DNA of 64,000 nucleotides from a virus, in IMG/VR virus record IMGVR_UViG_3300029953_000001, one strand, 5' to 3'. The notes under the pieces are model-generated. The model did not search any database, was not told the DNA's origin, and saw only the letters and a program-made list of their open reading frames with translations. How positions within the stretch are numbered: the stretch's first letter is position 1; the number at the start of each line of letters is the position of its first letter. The position numbers and the translations under genes were made by a program. Below are positions 19,401 through 28,824 of the stretch, one piece after another.

Positions 19401-22400
19401 TACGCAGGGCTGCTGGCGTCCATGACAGCGAAGACGACAGTGAATGTGCCAAGCTGGGTTGGAGTGCCGCTGATGGTACCATCAACGTTCATCTTCAAGC
19501 CCGGAGGCATACCTTCGGTGTACCAACTGTAGTTGGTATTGCCTCCCGTCGCTTGCATCTTGAATTCAGCCATCGGCTTGCCAACGTACGAGTTCGAGGG
19601 CAGAGTCGTAGTGGTAATCTGCACCGGTACCGAAGAGGTGGCGGGGTTGACTTCAAGAATGTACGTTGGTTCGATGAGTTCCTTTGCATGGGGACGACCC
19701 TGCATCGGGAACACGTCGAGTGCCATGGTGCTCAACAGGGAGCTTGCATTCGCAAATCGCGAAGTCGCAACCATGAGCTTGAGTTCATTTGTAATCTCGT
19801 CACGAGCGATAGAGCGAACAACCACTTCATACGCCTGTGGTGTCACAGTGCCTGTGGAGGCGTTCGTAATTTCAAAGCCAGCATTACCCCCAATGCCTAG
19901 CGTGCCAGTGAGGGCTCCCTGAGCGGCTGCGGTCGGGTTGAACTGCTGGTCGATAACATAAACCTGCTGTGTCAACTGGCGACGGAGCTTGACCGGTGGG
20001 TTAGCCGTTCCGAAGTCGTTCTGCGTCTGGATGACAATGTTCTGGGCACCAGCCGTGGTGAAGGACTTGGCGACGGTGCGAGTGCTGAGGGGCAACCAAC
20101 CCGTGGACGTGTTGTCTGGGAAGATAACCTGCCATGCGCTGGCTCCAGCATAGTTGGCATTCAACGTGATGTTGAGCGTCTGACCCAGCAACAGGTTCGT
20201 GTTGTCAAACGTGACGTTGGTAGCCAACAGGGCAGTCGGGAATGTGTGGCTAGAGTCCCATGGGTTAGAGTTGAGGGCAACCGTGAAGTCACTCGACAAC
20301 GCCACCATGTTCATGGAGTAGTCGCCAGAGACCAAGGTCTCTTCGAAGACACGGGCGGAGACCGTACCGCCATTGTTCAACCCTGTATCAAATACAGTTA
20401 TAGGAGTTCCACTACCCGGAGGCGTCTGAAGCGTGATGTTCCAACCTTTGTATGCGGTGTACGCTCCGCTCACAGAATACGGTTGCCAGTTGGCCGTCAG
20501 GTGGAAAGTTTCATCAATGACAGCGATGGTTGGAGCCGGGAGGAGGTTCGTGGCCGAGGCGATAGAGCTTGAAATGACAATCAACGGTACTGAGTACGCA
20601 TTGCCGTAGAAGCTGGTGCCATAGACGCTGTAGACGGCGGAACCAACCTGCTGCACTGATGCCGAACCTGCACCAGTCACAGTGCGAATTGGAGTCGGGG
20701 ATGGAATCTCCGCGAGAAACAGTCCCGTGGGTGTGCCGGAGATGCCCCATGCGATAGTGAACGATGTGTTGTCCGGTATCGAAATAGCGGTGGAAGTTGG
20801 ATTGGTAATCTGCAACGGAATGGCGACAGCCGCCACCGTCATGGTGATGACATCACTGTAGCTGGTTTGGTAACCAAATGCCGATGCGGCGACAACAAAC
20901 TTGTAGGTTCCCGGTGTGAGTGCGTTACCCACTATCTGATTGGAGCTATTGATATACAAACCATCGGGAGCACCGAGAACCCCTGAACCGAAGACTGGGT
21001 CGCCAACCAACTCGAACGTGGCACTGACCGGGGTCGATGATAATTGAATCGGGGGGATGGGGATGCCCGTGGAAGAGTTGATGGTGGTAGGGGTACCCAC
21101 AATATCCAGAGGAGCGGGACCATCGCACTTGAACAGTACCTGTGCGTAGCCTTGACGACCCGGAGGGCTCCCGGAGTTAGTCGCTGCAATGGTGAGCGTC
21201 CACTTCTGCCCAATCTGCCCGTTAGCCGGGAAGTGGAAGGTGACTGTGGTGGTGGGTGTCCCTGAACTGATAGTCAGACCAGTGTTGGTTACAGTCGCAG
21301 GGGATTCCAGCGAAGATGCAGCGACGGCATTCACCGTGAAGATGAGGCTTTCGGCTGGGTTGAACCCATCAGGGGAGGAAAGGGTGTAAGTGACTGTAGT
21401 CCCCGCCGCACCGACCGCGTAATCAGGTGTCCCTGATGTTGTCGCTAGTCCAATCTTGATAGCCGAAGATGACAGCCACGAGGTGTTACTGGTAGATACC
21501 TCATTAAAGTTAATGATCTTGAGACCATTGTTGACTGGAAGCCCGTTGTTATCGAACACCTGAAGGTTCACAGATGCGGGGGCATTACCGTAGATGCTGT
21601 AGGTGGCAAACTTGTTAGTGCTATTTCCGCCGCCGCCCGAGTTCAAGGACAAGGGTCCGGTGGAAGCCCAGTAATAAGTTAGGGGCTGAGCAACTGTTGC
21701 ACCGAGTGATTGCAACGTACCCAACAGAACGTCAATCTGTGCATCCACATGCAGCAGGTTGCTCACAGTGTCGTAGTAGGCACCAGCCGCGAAGTCCAAG
21801 GTACCAGCGGCCTGACTCTGAGAGCTTACCGATAGTGTAAGTTGGTAAGCACGGGCGGGGGTATCGTAGAATGAACCCGGCTGGTATGCAAGAATCGTGA
21901 TAGGCACAGCGACGGGCGACTGAGCGAAGCTGGGAGCGGTTCCGTTTAGCTGGAGACCACCAACAAGGTCAGTTGAGGTGAAAGGTGTGCCGGAAAAGTG
22001 AGGAGGCGATACACGCAGTGCAAGCTTGGTCTCATCCGATGTGACGAACTCCAGTCCGGCTGGAAGGCTGGAAGGCAGGATGAAGCTGATGCCGGTTTGC
22101 GGGGAGTTGAACAGACCGTAACCTTGAATAAGAACATCGGCTACCGTGCTGTCATAGGACGGGATAAGTAGGGTGGTTCCATTAACCACTGGGTTGCTTG
22201 GATTGGCGGCAACGTAGAAGGGAGTGCGGACTTCCAAGTAAATCGGAAAGTTGGTGGTGCTTACACCATCAGTGACGGAAACAAAGAACTCGTAGGGGTC
22301 TTGCTGATATTGTGCGCCTGAGAACGTGATGGCACATACAGCCCCGTTGGGAGAAACATTAATCCACGAGGGTGCGCTTCCGCCAAGAGACCAAGTGATA

Positions 22401-22546
22401 GCGCCCACCTGTCCTGATACAGTCAAGGAACCAAGGGTGTCCGAGGCGAGTGATGCGACACGGACGGCCAGACCACTGGCGTTCTGTGCCAGTGGCATGA
22501 CTGAGTTGGCATTGTTGGCGAAATTTGTAGTGAATGTAAGGCTCAT
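16460..22546 (-). CDS. giant adhesin-like fiber protein (2028 aa) with many Ig-like (He_PIG/BIG-type) repeats
   Basis: 6.1 kb ORF. Many repeats with the LP.G(L/M)..... G.ISGTPT signature (e.g. YSWYTEGMPPGLKMNVDGTISGTPTQLG, YTWAIVAGSAPIGLAIDANSGTLGGVP). Confidence 0.8.
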   Translation of the reverse strand: MSLTFTTNFANNANSVMPLAQNASGLAVRVASLASDTLGSLTVSGQVGAITWSLGGSAPSWINVSPNGAVCAITFSGAQYQQDPYEFFVSVTDGVSTTNFPIYLEVRTPFYVAANPSNPVVNGTTLLIPSYDSTVADVLIQGYGLFNSPQTGISFILPSSLPAGLEFVTSDETKLALRVSPPHFSGTPFTSTDLVGGLQLNGTAPSFAQSPVAVPITILAYQPGSFYDTPARAYQLTLSVSSQSQAAGTLDFAAGAYYDTVSNLLHVDAQIDVLLGTLQSLGATVAQPLTYYWASTGPLSLNSGGGGNSTNKFATYSIYGNAPASVNLQVFDNNGLPVNNGLKIINFNEVSTSNTSWLSSSAIKIGLATTSGTPDYAVGAAGTTVTYTLSSPDGFNPAESLIFTVNAVAASSLESPATVTNTGLTISSGTPTTTVTFHFPANGQIGQKWTLTIAATNSGSPPGRQGYAQVLFKCDGPAPLDIVGTPTTINSSTGIPIPPIQLSSTPVSATFELVGDPVFGSGVLGAPDGLYINSSNQIVGNALTPGTYKFVVAASAFGYQTSYSDVITMTVAAVAIPLQITNPTSTAISIPDNTSFTIAWGISGTPTGLFLAEIPSPTPIRTVTGAGSASVQQVGSAVYSVYGTSFYGNAYSVPLIVISSSIASATNLLPAPTIAVIDETFHLTANWQPYSVSGAYTAYKGWNITLQTPPGSGTPITVFDTGLNNGGTVSARVFEETLVSGDYSMNMVALSSDFTVALNSNPWDSSHTFPTALLATNVTFDNTNLLLGQTLNITLNANYAGASAWQVIFPDNTSTGWLPLSTRTVAKSFTTAGAQNIVIQTQNDFGTANPPVKLRRQLTQQVYVIDQQFNPTAAAQGALTGTLGIGGNAGFEITNASTGTVTPQAYEVVVRSIARDEITNELKLMVATSRFANASSLLSTMALDVFPMQGRPHAKELIEPTYILEVNPATSSVPVQITTTTLPSNSYVGKPMAEFKMQATGGNTNYSWYTEGMPPGLKMNVDGTISGTPTQLGTFTVVFAVMDASSPAYIAETTLTFLIPTDLAITTTTLPSATVGTPYENYTNPNSPQPIVIQNTGGLAPYTWAIVAGSAPIGLAIDANSGTLGGVPCTYNSTTDFLKTYTFTVQVTDAIGAKASATYSILLSPAKLSYGLLNQPLIIAGEQFKLAVPVYGGQSPYTLNSFTDDGIIGTGLAIVSPTQMSVVAGVTPAILSFLNAPNTTVYPSLYPQNIAITLTATGGVPSNANGLDTDERYKFYVDPTASNTLPGAVCYGPLLVATPTANGVFTVTVKVVDSVGHIASLPMTITVQQQGSGQYTLGAYSVNTNGHPTSPTLWTFTPLASGYPDPVISTPYTPGSGQYYCVALLNNGTIQLTNAPNAACTASLIGPGVLPAGMTFASGNTVAGAGADCILLLEGTPTTSAGYSFKFQLAGIVNSVNATVSTAQRFSLNVGGGGTGTPVVALAFTDAINLDLNTLTADAIGAYSWAYPLIAGGGTAPYSFSIQSGTTLPTISTGVSIGGFSAFSSSTSTTGSYTVLVVVTDKNSVQSAATPITVKVAQSTTQPTHILDNNIPAYVYVNRLIPVNSYYVDADLISNWTATGLPAGVTLSSAPGTRVYLQGTPTGVVSSTPITITATSVTFGTQASVVVNLAVRAQAAVIIAPAHVGATATIGTQYRVVNNNSIISAQYTGFQPGDTGLPLLQNTLGTATLGNPTLTIGGQPTTGNSSVTPDGFTMSYDYFPTGAGTDTLSFNNVSFPDSLTLSEVFSALKANGTTVPVSVSEYIVTQTLSLPLTVSGGDAPYTYNISGVSDSRFVAINNGTSTAALQITVAQFAANTTPYNCNVTVVVTDSAANSTTVTGQLQVTVVAQSYISVAFSPYTWAISLSSAVVASKTPNSLMSSPQLFHAPANYYVDSVTVPSGLASFITVSPTNRVLAYNLTGSPSNVPDVNQSLTPIGGFTVPISTPPSIGTYTIAVALRVVDNLGISTLGPGSQPTQPITENITVVISS

Positions 22547-22557
22547 TTTTTATCCGT

Positions 22558-25500
22558 TTACGAAAGCAAGGTTACTGTGTTAGAAGATGAGTCGGCGGTA
22601 ACACCGCCCAAAAATGGATTGGTTAAAATAGTTCTAGCCAGTGTTGAGTTCGCCGAAAGAACTGCGCTACCGTTAGTCTGGAAGTCCGATGTGACAACAA
22701 TACTGGAATTGAACTCCACCTGAGCAACTACGGTTGAAGCGTTGATGTTTACTTCCGACACAGTGTCCGTCGCGTGGTTCGAAAGATTGAGGGTTGAGTT
22801 ACGCTCACCAACGAAGAACGAGCCGGGGGTAGCCCCTGAGTCTACTGACAAGTCAACACCCGAAGCGGTAATCTCCGAGGAGCTTGCAACCATACCTACG
22901 CCACCATCCGGGAGCCCAATTGATCCACCATCGAAGATGGCATTGCAACCCTGCGAGAAGGCACCGGCCTGAAGATTCTCAGTGAAGATGCAGTTTACAA
23001 AGTCAACGTCCGCATCAATGCAGTAAACAGCGGGGTCGCGGAACCCGTTGAAGGTGAGGTTGTTGAAGATGACTCGGCTATTATCCACAAAGAATGCGGA
23101 GGTTGGACCGTTGCCAAATCCAGCGAAGCCCGTTGCATCAATCACAATATTGCCCGTTGCCCCGGCCACTGAAGTAATAACCAAACGTCCACCGTCCTGA
23201 ATGGTGTAAGCAAGATTACCAAGAGCGTAGTAAACCGCTGAACGAATGTCGCCATCGCCCAAAGCAATTTCCTGAAGTGTGCTCTGGAGATTCTGGATGG
23301 AGTATGGCGTATTAGTCTCCACCAGTTGTACCGAGCAGGGATGACGAAGCACTGGAGGTAGTACACTGAGAGCCGCTGTGATAGTGAGCTTCGGGTTGGT
23401 CAAGCTGAGACCATCGTTGGTGTCGAGCCCCGACACATTATTGACATACAAAATAATAGGAGCAGTGGTGCTCTGAAGGTTCTGCCCCAATACTGTGCGA
23501 GGCGAGGGTGCTGTGATGGCATAGCCCACGTGGGGGATAGCCTGAGAGAAACCGCGTCCTCCACCTGTCGTCGTAATGAACCTAAGTTCCTTGCGGAAGT
23601 CCTTGTTCATCGGTGGAATAAAGTCGTTGGTGTGAAGCGGTACCTCGAAGGTGTGCTCCACATTGTTCTGACGCATCGCCACATAGTTCGAATCGAACAC
23701 CGAGGACAGCGGTGTGTTCGTCAATGTTGCATCCGACCAGTTGACCAGAGAAGGTAGAGTCGTAGCAATCGGAATCTCGCGGTTGTAGGGGTACACATCC
23801 TCAAGACCAACCACAGGTGCGGCACCAGAGCCGTTAGTGGTCACCAATGCCGTCTCATCATTATGGATGATTTCATAGTTACGATTCAGCACACCTTCTC
23901 CCTGATACGGGATGTATTGCTCCACAATCGTTAGGGTTGAGTTTTGGTCAAATGCCGGGAGGATCGAACCGGTAAAGAAAAACTGGGTTCCATTAGCGAT
24001 GGAATAATTACCAATCACAGTGACCGTGACCACTCCATTGTTGAAGTTCACAGTGGAGCACTGTACGGAGTTCAGGTTACCCTCTAGATCGAGAACCCAA
24101 AGGTAACGGGTTGTGTCATTCCCGCTAATCCCCTTGATGATGCAGTTGTTAGCCGCCGCCACAATCGTGGTGAGGTTGGTGATTGCGTTGTACTGAGCAA
24201 CCTCAATCGTGACACGGCTGTCCATTGGAAAGTTATTATCGGTCGTGTAGTTGCCGAACAACACCGTTTCTTCAATCTCTGTCACACCTTTAACCGGAGC
24301 GTTGTACACAAGTTGTGCCGTATCTTGCGCTAGAAAACTCATGACCAAGGTCTGCGTGTTGAGAATTACGGCTGCAAGGGTAACAACACACTGGTTGCCC
24401 TTCATCGAACACGTGGTCTGATAATAAGTGCCTGACGCCAAGTCCCAAACACGAGTCGGATAGAGCCCTGCAACCTTACCATTGAGACCAGTGCGAGTGA
24501 TGGTGAACGTGGTGGATGTCCCCCCTACAGTTCCCGATGAGCCGGGAATCTGTACCCAAATCTTAGTACCGAATATGATATTTGAGTATTCAGGATTGAC
24601 CGCCCACACCTGATAGGCGTGGGTTGTCAGCGACTGGTTCTGTACGTCGTACTCCGAAATCCCATACACTGGGAGCGTCTTACCCGAGATAGCATCCGTG
24701 AGGGTTCCACCATCCACAGAGATGGGGGTCTTACGCAGGTCAACGCCAGAGTCGGCGGGGTACTGAACGCCTACCGTGCAATAGATGTTCTGAGCACCGG
24801 GGTCAAAGGGGGTGCCTTGAAGGTTCTTAATGAAGCTCACAGTGACTGACTTTGAACTGAGACCGCTAATCTGTACCTGTCCAGAGAGCAAGTTGATGGG
24901 TGATTCAAGGTTATTAGCAAGATTGAATCCCTGAACCGCAGCCGATACAATCGTACCCTGAGATTGGGCTGGGAGTGACACTGTGAAAGCATCACCCATC
25001 TTCCATGGACCGCCCTGAGCACTGGAAGCCAACCAGAACGACTTTTGATTGATGGGAATCTTCTTGGTTACATAGAACGTGCGGAGGTCGGAACTAAACC
25101 CGTTGGAAAATCCATCCCAATTCGTTGGGAGTGTATTCGTGTTGGGAACCGCAATCGGACCAACCGAAACGTAGTAATCGAGGGTGGAGCCTAGAGCTTC
25201 TGTCTTGAGACCAGAGCCATCCCCGCGACCGATTGCTGAGCGACCATTACCCGTTATAAGGTCAACAAACCCCTCGCGCATCAGCTTATCCAAATCCCAC
25301 GAGTCAAGAGTTACAGTTTGACGGGTGTCAACCACATCCTCTTGAAAAATCTGGTCAGCCAGCTTAGAGTCGAGGCGACCAGAGACACCATATTTGAGAA
25401 GACCAGAATTCTGAGTCGCAGCGTCCCCACAGCCAAAGATGTTGCTTGCTAGGCTGAAGGGACCATAGTTACGCTGGAACATAACAGCCATCGGCATGGC

Positions 25501-26355
25501 GTAAGTGTACCCATCCATGGTTCCCATGGAGTTGTTGATGTTGCCGTCACCAGCTTGCCACAGACCGGTGTCCCCATTCACAGAGCCCATATTGGTGAAC
25601 TCGTAGATTGGGTCAACGATAGGAGCCTGATTGGTGGCTGTCCCCTGTCCGTACACAATCTCTGTGGGCTGAGCACCGGGGTCAAGACCAAACTGATACT
25701 TCGTGAAGTCGTAGGTCAACGCCACACGCTGAATGTTGAACCGCCACTGAATCTGAGAACGGATAGTGGTGAGGAGACCTGCCCCTGTGGAAGAGGTCGC
25801 GAAGATATCCACCGAATCATCTGGCATAATCTCTGCGTTCACTGGATCAGGCGATGTGCAACCATAGGGGTAGAAGTAGCGAAGCTGTGATACTGGGTCG
25901 AGGTAATAGCCTTGACCGGTGGTTGGGTCGAGTGATTGATACCATATTTCGAGGAAGACAACGTAGAGACGAGCGTCTTCGTCGGTAACACCATTTGTCC
26001 AGAATGCTGGTTGCTGAGCCGGAGATAGGGTGATGCGATTCTGTGTGAGGTCGGCGGAGTTGAAGCCTTGAATGGACACAACCTCGCCATTGAACAGAAC
26101 GTCGAAGGACGGGATGATGAATGTGTTGGGGACGAAGGGGCTGTACTGGAACGCTGCATAGGTCAAGCAGCCAGAGGTTGCCGACTTGTTGTCGAGCAAC
26201 AGGTGCCGCTTGTATGACTGTAAATCTTGAAGGGCATTTAGATCAGCGTCCGAAATTTGGTGGTCATGCAAAGCTACAATTGAAAGAAGAGACCGACCCG
26301 CGACATCCAGAGTTCTGGAAACCACTGATGGATATTGGAATGTGCTCGTTGCCAT
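22558..26355 (-). CDS. tailspike protein (1265 aa) with C-terminal right-handed parallel beta-helix (pectate-lyase-like depolymerase) domain
   Basis: C-terminal 400 aa shows beta-helix rung periodicity with Asn/Gly/Val/Ile ladders (NVSGLDTNDGLSLTNPKLTITAAL ... FNNLTFNGFRDPAVYCIDADVDFVNCIFTEN ...). First large gene after the zinc-ribbon ORF. Confidence 0.7.
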   Translation of the reverse strand: MATSTFQYPSVVSRTLDVAGRSLLSIVALHDHQISDADLNALQDLQSYKRHLLLDNKSATSGCLTYAAFQYSPFVPNTFIIPSFDVLFNGEVVSIQGFNSADLTQNRITLSPAQQPAFWTNGVTDEDARLYVVFLEIWYQSLDPTTGQGYYLDPVSQLRYFYPYGCTSPDPVNAEIMPDDSVDIFATSSTGAGLLTTIRSQIQWRFNIQRVALTYDFTKYQFGLDPGAQPTEIVYGQGTATNQAPIVDPIYEFTNMGSVNGDTGLWQAGDGNINNSMGTMDGYTYAMPMAVMFQRNYGPFSLASNIFGCGDAATQNSGLLKYGVSGRLDSKLADQIFQEDVVDTRQTVTLDSWDLDKLMREGFVDLITGNGRSAIGRGDGSGLKTEALGSTLDYYVSVGPIAVPNTNTLPTNWDGFSNGFSSDLRTFYVTKKIPINQKSFWLASSAQGGPWKMGDAFTVSLPAQSQGTIVSAAVQGFNLANNLESPINLLSGQVQISGLSSKSVTVSFIKNLQGTPFDPGAQNIYCTVGVQYPADSGVDLRKTPISVDGGTLTDAISGKTLPVYGISEYDVQNQSLTTHAYQVWAVNPEYSNIIFGTKIWVQIPGSSGTVGGTSTTFTITRTGLNGKVAGLYPTRVWDLASGTYYQTTCSMKGNQCVVTLAAVILNTQTLVMSFLAQDTAQLVYNAPVKGVTEIEETVLFGNYTTDNNFPMDSRVTIEVAQYNAITNLTTIVAAANNCIIKGISGNDTTRYLWVLDLEGNLNSVQCSTVNFNNGVVTVTVIGNYSIANGTQFFFTGSILPAFDQNSTLTIVEQYIPYQGEGVLNRNYEIIHNDETALVTTNGSGAAPVVGLEDVYPYNREIPIATTLPSLVNWSDATLTNTPLSSVFDSNYVAMRQNNVEHTFEVPLHTNDFIPPMNKDFRKELRFITTTGGGRGFSQAIPHVGYAITAPSPRTVLGQNLQSTTAPIILYVNNVSGLDTNDGLSLTNPKLTITAALSVLPPVLRHPCSVQLVETNTPYSIQNLQSTLQEIALGDGDIRSAVYYALGNLAYTIQDGGRLVITSVAGATGNIVIDATGFAGFGNGPTSAFFVDNSRVIFNNLTFNGFRDPAVYCIDADVDFVNCIFTENLQAGAFSQGCNAIFDGGSIGLPDGGVGMVASSSEITASGVDLSVDSGATPGSFFVGERNSTLNLSNHATDTVSEVNINASTVVAQVEFNSSIVVTSDFQTNGSAVLSANSTLARTILTNPFLGGVTADSSSNTVTLLS

Positions 26356-26741
26356 TAGTTCTTTCCTCTTTTAAGACAGCCGCAACTTTTATTACGCCCT
26401 GCCCTCAGGGCACTTCCTGACACAGTTACTAACTTCCCGCAGTCACACCGGCATTCCCAAATCATCGACCGGCGACCGTCGCTTACTTTAGCCCTCCATA
26501 GCACCATAAGCTTGCCGAACTTCTGGTTCACAAGGCTATTCTGTTTTTCCTTCTTAACTTTCTTTAACTGCTGGCTGAGGCAACCACAACTCTTAACCTT
26601 CCCTGCAAGTAGTGTGTCCTCCCGTACTTCCTTACGGTTACCGCAGCGGCACTGACACACCCACTTAGTTCGCCCTTTATCACGAAGTTGTGTGAGAGCG
26701 ACGAGAACTCCAAACTGCTTTCCCCTCAAATCGTTTGCCAC
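26355..26741 (-). CDS. small protein (128 aa) with duplicated CxCxCG...SCGC zinc-ribbon motif; possible late-operon regulator
   Basis: Two copies of G(K)..FG.L.V.......KW.C(Q/E)C(R/D)CG....V....L..G...SCGCL. GTG start with AGGGA RBS. First gene of the 26 kb minus-strand operon; divergent from the plus-strand promoter at 26779. Confidence 0.6.
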   Translation of the reverse strand: MANDLRGKQFGVLVALTQLRDKGRTKWVCQCRCGNRKEVREDTLLAGKVKSCGCLSQQLKKVKKEKQNSLVNQKFGKLMVLWRAKVSDGRRSMIWECRCDCGKLVTVSGSALRAGRNKSCGCLKRGKN

Positions 26742-26778
26742 AAGTATTCCCTGCTACTAATACTCTCTTCTTCTATGG

Positions 26779-26786
26779 TGTACAAT
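26779..26786 (+). promoter_or_regulatory. candidate extended -10 promoter TGTACAAT
   Basis: Matches the recurring TGTAYAAT element seen at 32794 and 61743. 49 nt upstream of ATG 26836, in the divergent intergenic region. Confidence 0.35.
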
Positions 26787-26835
26787 AGTTGGAAAAGTAA
26801 ATTACGGACTTTCAGATTTACTTATTGAGGGTTCC

Positions 26836-27378
26836 ATGGCAGCTTACTCATACCTTACACAATCAATTCAAAGCACCGCTCTTATCACGGCGAAAACTAT
26901 TGATAGTTTCTACTACCCCACCACTCAAGGGCATACAGGGTATGCTTGGGATGGAACTCTTTACGCAGGGGGGGTACGGGTGGCTGTCGGGAGCCCACCG
27001 ACGCCCATCTATGCCTCATGGTTCACCGAGGGGCAGAGCGCCTACCGTGGCATCCTTCCGACCTTCCCTCAGACCGGGCTCGTCCTACTCTCCAAAGCGG
27101 CTCTGACTATACTTGATGGCAGCGACTCCACCCTCGCCCTCTGGATGCAATTCCTGCTTCAGAACAACTTTGCTCTGGCGGACAACTTCAACGGTAACCT
27201 GAACGGGTGGAGTCCTTCCGGGCTGGCATACGCGGATGGTATACTCTCGGTCATCTACACCCCCGATGCTGGTAGCCTCTTCAATGTGAGCAGCCCACCT
27301 GTTTATAACGTTGATTCCAATATGGTTGTAAACCTAGACTTCAGTCAAGACACCGCGTATCTGGATGTTGCCATATAA
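26836..27378 (+). CDS. hypothetical protein (180 aa)
   Basis: ORF with GAGGG RBS; first gene of a short plus-strand unit ending at the terminator at 28784. Confidence 0.65.
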   Translation: MAAYSYLTQSIQSTALITAKTIDSFYYPTTQGHTGYAWDGTLYAGGVRVAVGSPPTPIYASWFTEGQSAYRGILPTFPQTGLVLLSKAALTILDGSDSTLALWMQFLLQNNFALADNFNGNLNGWSPSGLAYADGILSVIYTPDAGSLFNVSSPPVYNVDSNMVVNLDFSQDTAYLDVAI

Positions 27379-27426
27379 TTGAAAAAGTTTCTTGACAAGT
27401 TTTTTACTACCCGGTAGGATAGCTGC

Positions 27427-28395
27427 ATGAACATTCCTCAACTCACGGCTGCGGCGGAACAACAGGGTAGGATGCAGCGGTTCGAAGTTGCCATCAAGGC
27501 ACTGGAAGATGGTCTCGCCACCAACCACATTTGGAACGTGGACTTCGTTTCCGCGAAAGACCAGTTGTCGCGTGTCGCTGAAAAAGCCCTAGACATATCG
27601 AGCGAGGACATCCGGGCTCTGGTTCGTGAGGGTCGTGAGGGTCGTCCTAGCTGGCAAAATGAAGACCCCCGTTGGATGGTCATCTACCATCCCCAGTTCT
27701 CGAACGTCCCCGGTGCTCTCAAGAAACTGACCAAGTACACCAAGGATATGGGCAAGTGGACTCCGGCGTACACAACCTTCCTGAACATGCTGGCGGAAAT
27801 CGCTCAGGTGGTAGAGTTGGTCAGGGCTGTGAAGCCTTTCATCGAGAAGGGACGCAAGCCGAACCCAAACCCCAAGGAAGTGGATGTCACCAACACCGGC
27901 ATCTGCTCTGTGTGTAGCTCACGTCAGAAGTTGAACTTCAATGGCACCTTGGTTGCCCATGGTTACACCCTCGAACGTAACTGGGGTGGTCGCAACGGCA
28001 TCTGCTTCGGTGCCGGATATAAGGCATGGGAACTGGCATCGGATGGTGCGGTCGCCTACAAGGAAGCCATGGTCGCGGCGGTGGGTCGCACGGAGTCCTT
28101 GCTGGCTGACCTCAAGGCCGACAAGTTCGACAAGATGGACGAGATGGTTGAAGTCGTCCGGGCCGGTGTGTACAACAAGGAACGTCGTGAGTACGACCGT
28201 ACGGATGTTGATAACTTCAGCCGCGTCAAGCGTATCAAGGAAGAGAAGGCGAAGCGAAGCATCCACGCATTGAAGTCCGACATCGAGTTCTTCACCGCGA
28301 AGCTTGCTAAGTGGAAGGCCGAGCCGCTGAAGTACGGCGGGGCCGAGACACAGGAACGCTGGAAGGCCAAGTTTCTCACCAAGGGGGCTCAGTGA
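27427..28395 (+). CDS. hypothetical protein (322 aa)
   Basis: ORF with AGGATAG upstream. Contains CSVCSS...C...H cluster and a charged helical C-terminus. No confident family assignment. Confidence 0.65.
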   Translation: MNIPQLTAAAEQQGRMQRFEVAIKALEDGLATNHIWNVDFVSAKDQLSRVAEKALDISSEDIRALVREGREGRPSWQNEDPRWMVIYHPQFSNVPGALKKLTKYTKDMGKWTPAYTTFLNMLAEIAQVVELVRAVKPFIEKGRKPNPNPKEVDVTNTGICSVCSSRQKLNFNGTLVAHGYTLERNWGGRNGICFGAGYKAWELASDGAVAYKEAMVAAVGRTESLLADLKADKFDKMDEMVEVVRAGVYNKERREYDRTDVDNFSRVKRIKEEKAKRSIHALKSDIEFFTAKLAKWKAEPLKYGGAETQERWKAKFLTKGAQ

Positions 28396-28540
28396 AGTTC
28401 AACTCAAAGTTACTCAAGTCCGCAAACAAACGGTATCGGTTGGCCGTCGATGCCCAGCACTGATAGGAAGCTCCGAGGGCACCGATGGCCGCTGGTGGGT
28501 TCTGGTGGACTGGCAGGTCGTCTATGGAGATATGCAACCC

Positions 28541-28741
28541 AACGACAAGTGGCTCCCGTGGTTCTACAGCGTGTCCTTCAAGGAGCCGAAGAAGAACAAA
28601 CTGCGGTGGGTATCGGTGCCGACGCAGGATGTCCATGAAGCCTCCAGAGAGGCACAGGAGTTTGCAGCATTGCGGGGGATTCCGGGTCAGGTATACGGAG
28701 TCAGCAGAACAAACCAACCAATAAGGAAACCCGTCCGATGA
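28541..28741 (+). CDS. small hypothetical protein (66 aa; track ORF 28505..28741 trimmed to the ATG with GGAGA RBS)
   Basis: MQPNDKWLPWFYSVSFKEPKKNKLRWVSV... RBS GGAGAT 2 nt upstream of ATG 28541; followed by the intrinsic terminator. Confidence 0.5.
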   Translation, partial: NDKWLPWFYSVSFKEPKKNKLRWVSVPTQDVHEASREAQEFAALRGIPGQVYGVSRTNQPIRKPVR

Positions 28742-28783
28742 CGTTTACCCTGAACAAAGGCTAAGCGACGGTGTGTATACCGA

Positions 28784-28808
28784 AACCCCCATCTGATGGG
28801 GGTTTTTC
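28784..28808 (+). terminator. rho-independent terminator
   Basis: AAACCCCCA-TCTGA-TGGGGGTTT stem-loop (9 bp stem) followed by TTTTCAGTTT. Confidence 0.8.
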
Positions 28809-28824
28809 AGTTTGAAAATAAATT

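Noticed and set aside
2341-26355. Numerous 60-180 aa ORFs on both strands inside the giant fiber genes (e.g. 4402..4938, 11942..12349, 13404..13673, 18596..19081, 19533..19922)
   Set aside because: All are nested in or antisense to long, uninterrupted, compositionally coherent ORFs with translational coupling; typical shadow ORFs in GC-rich coding DNA.
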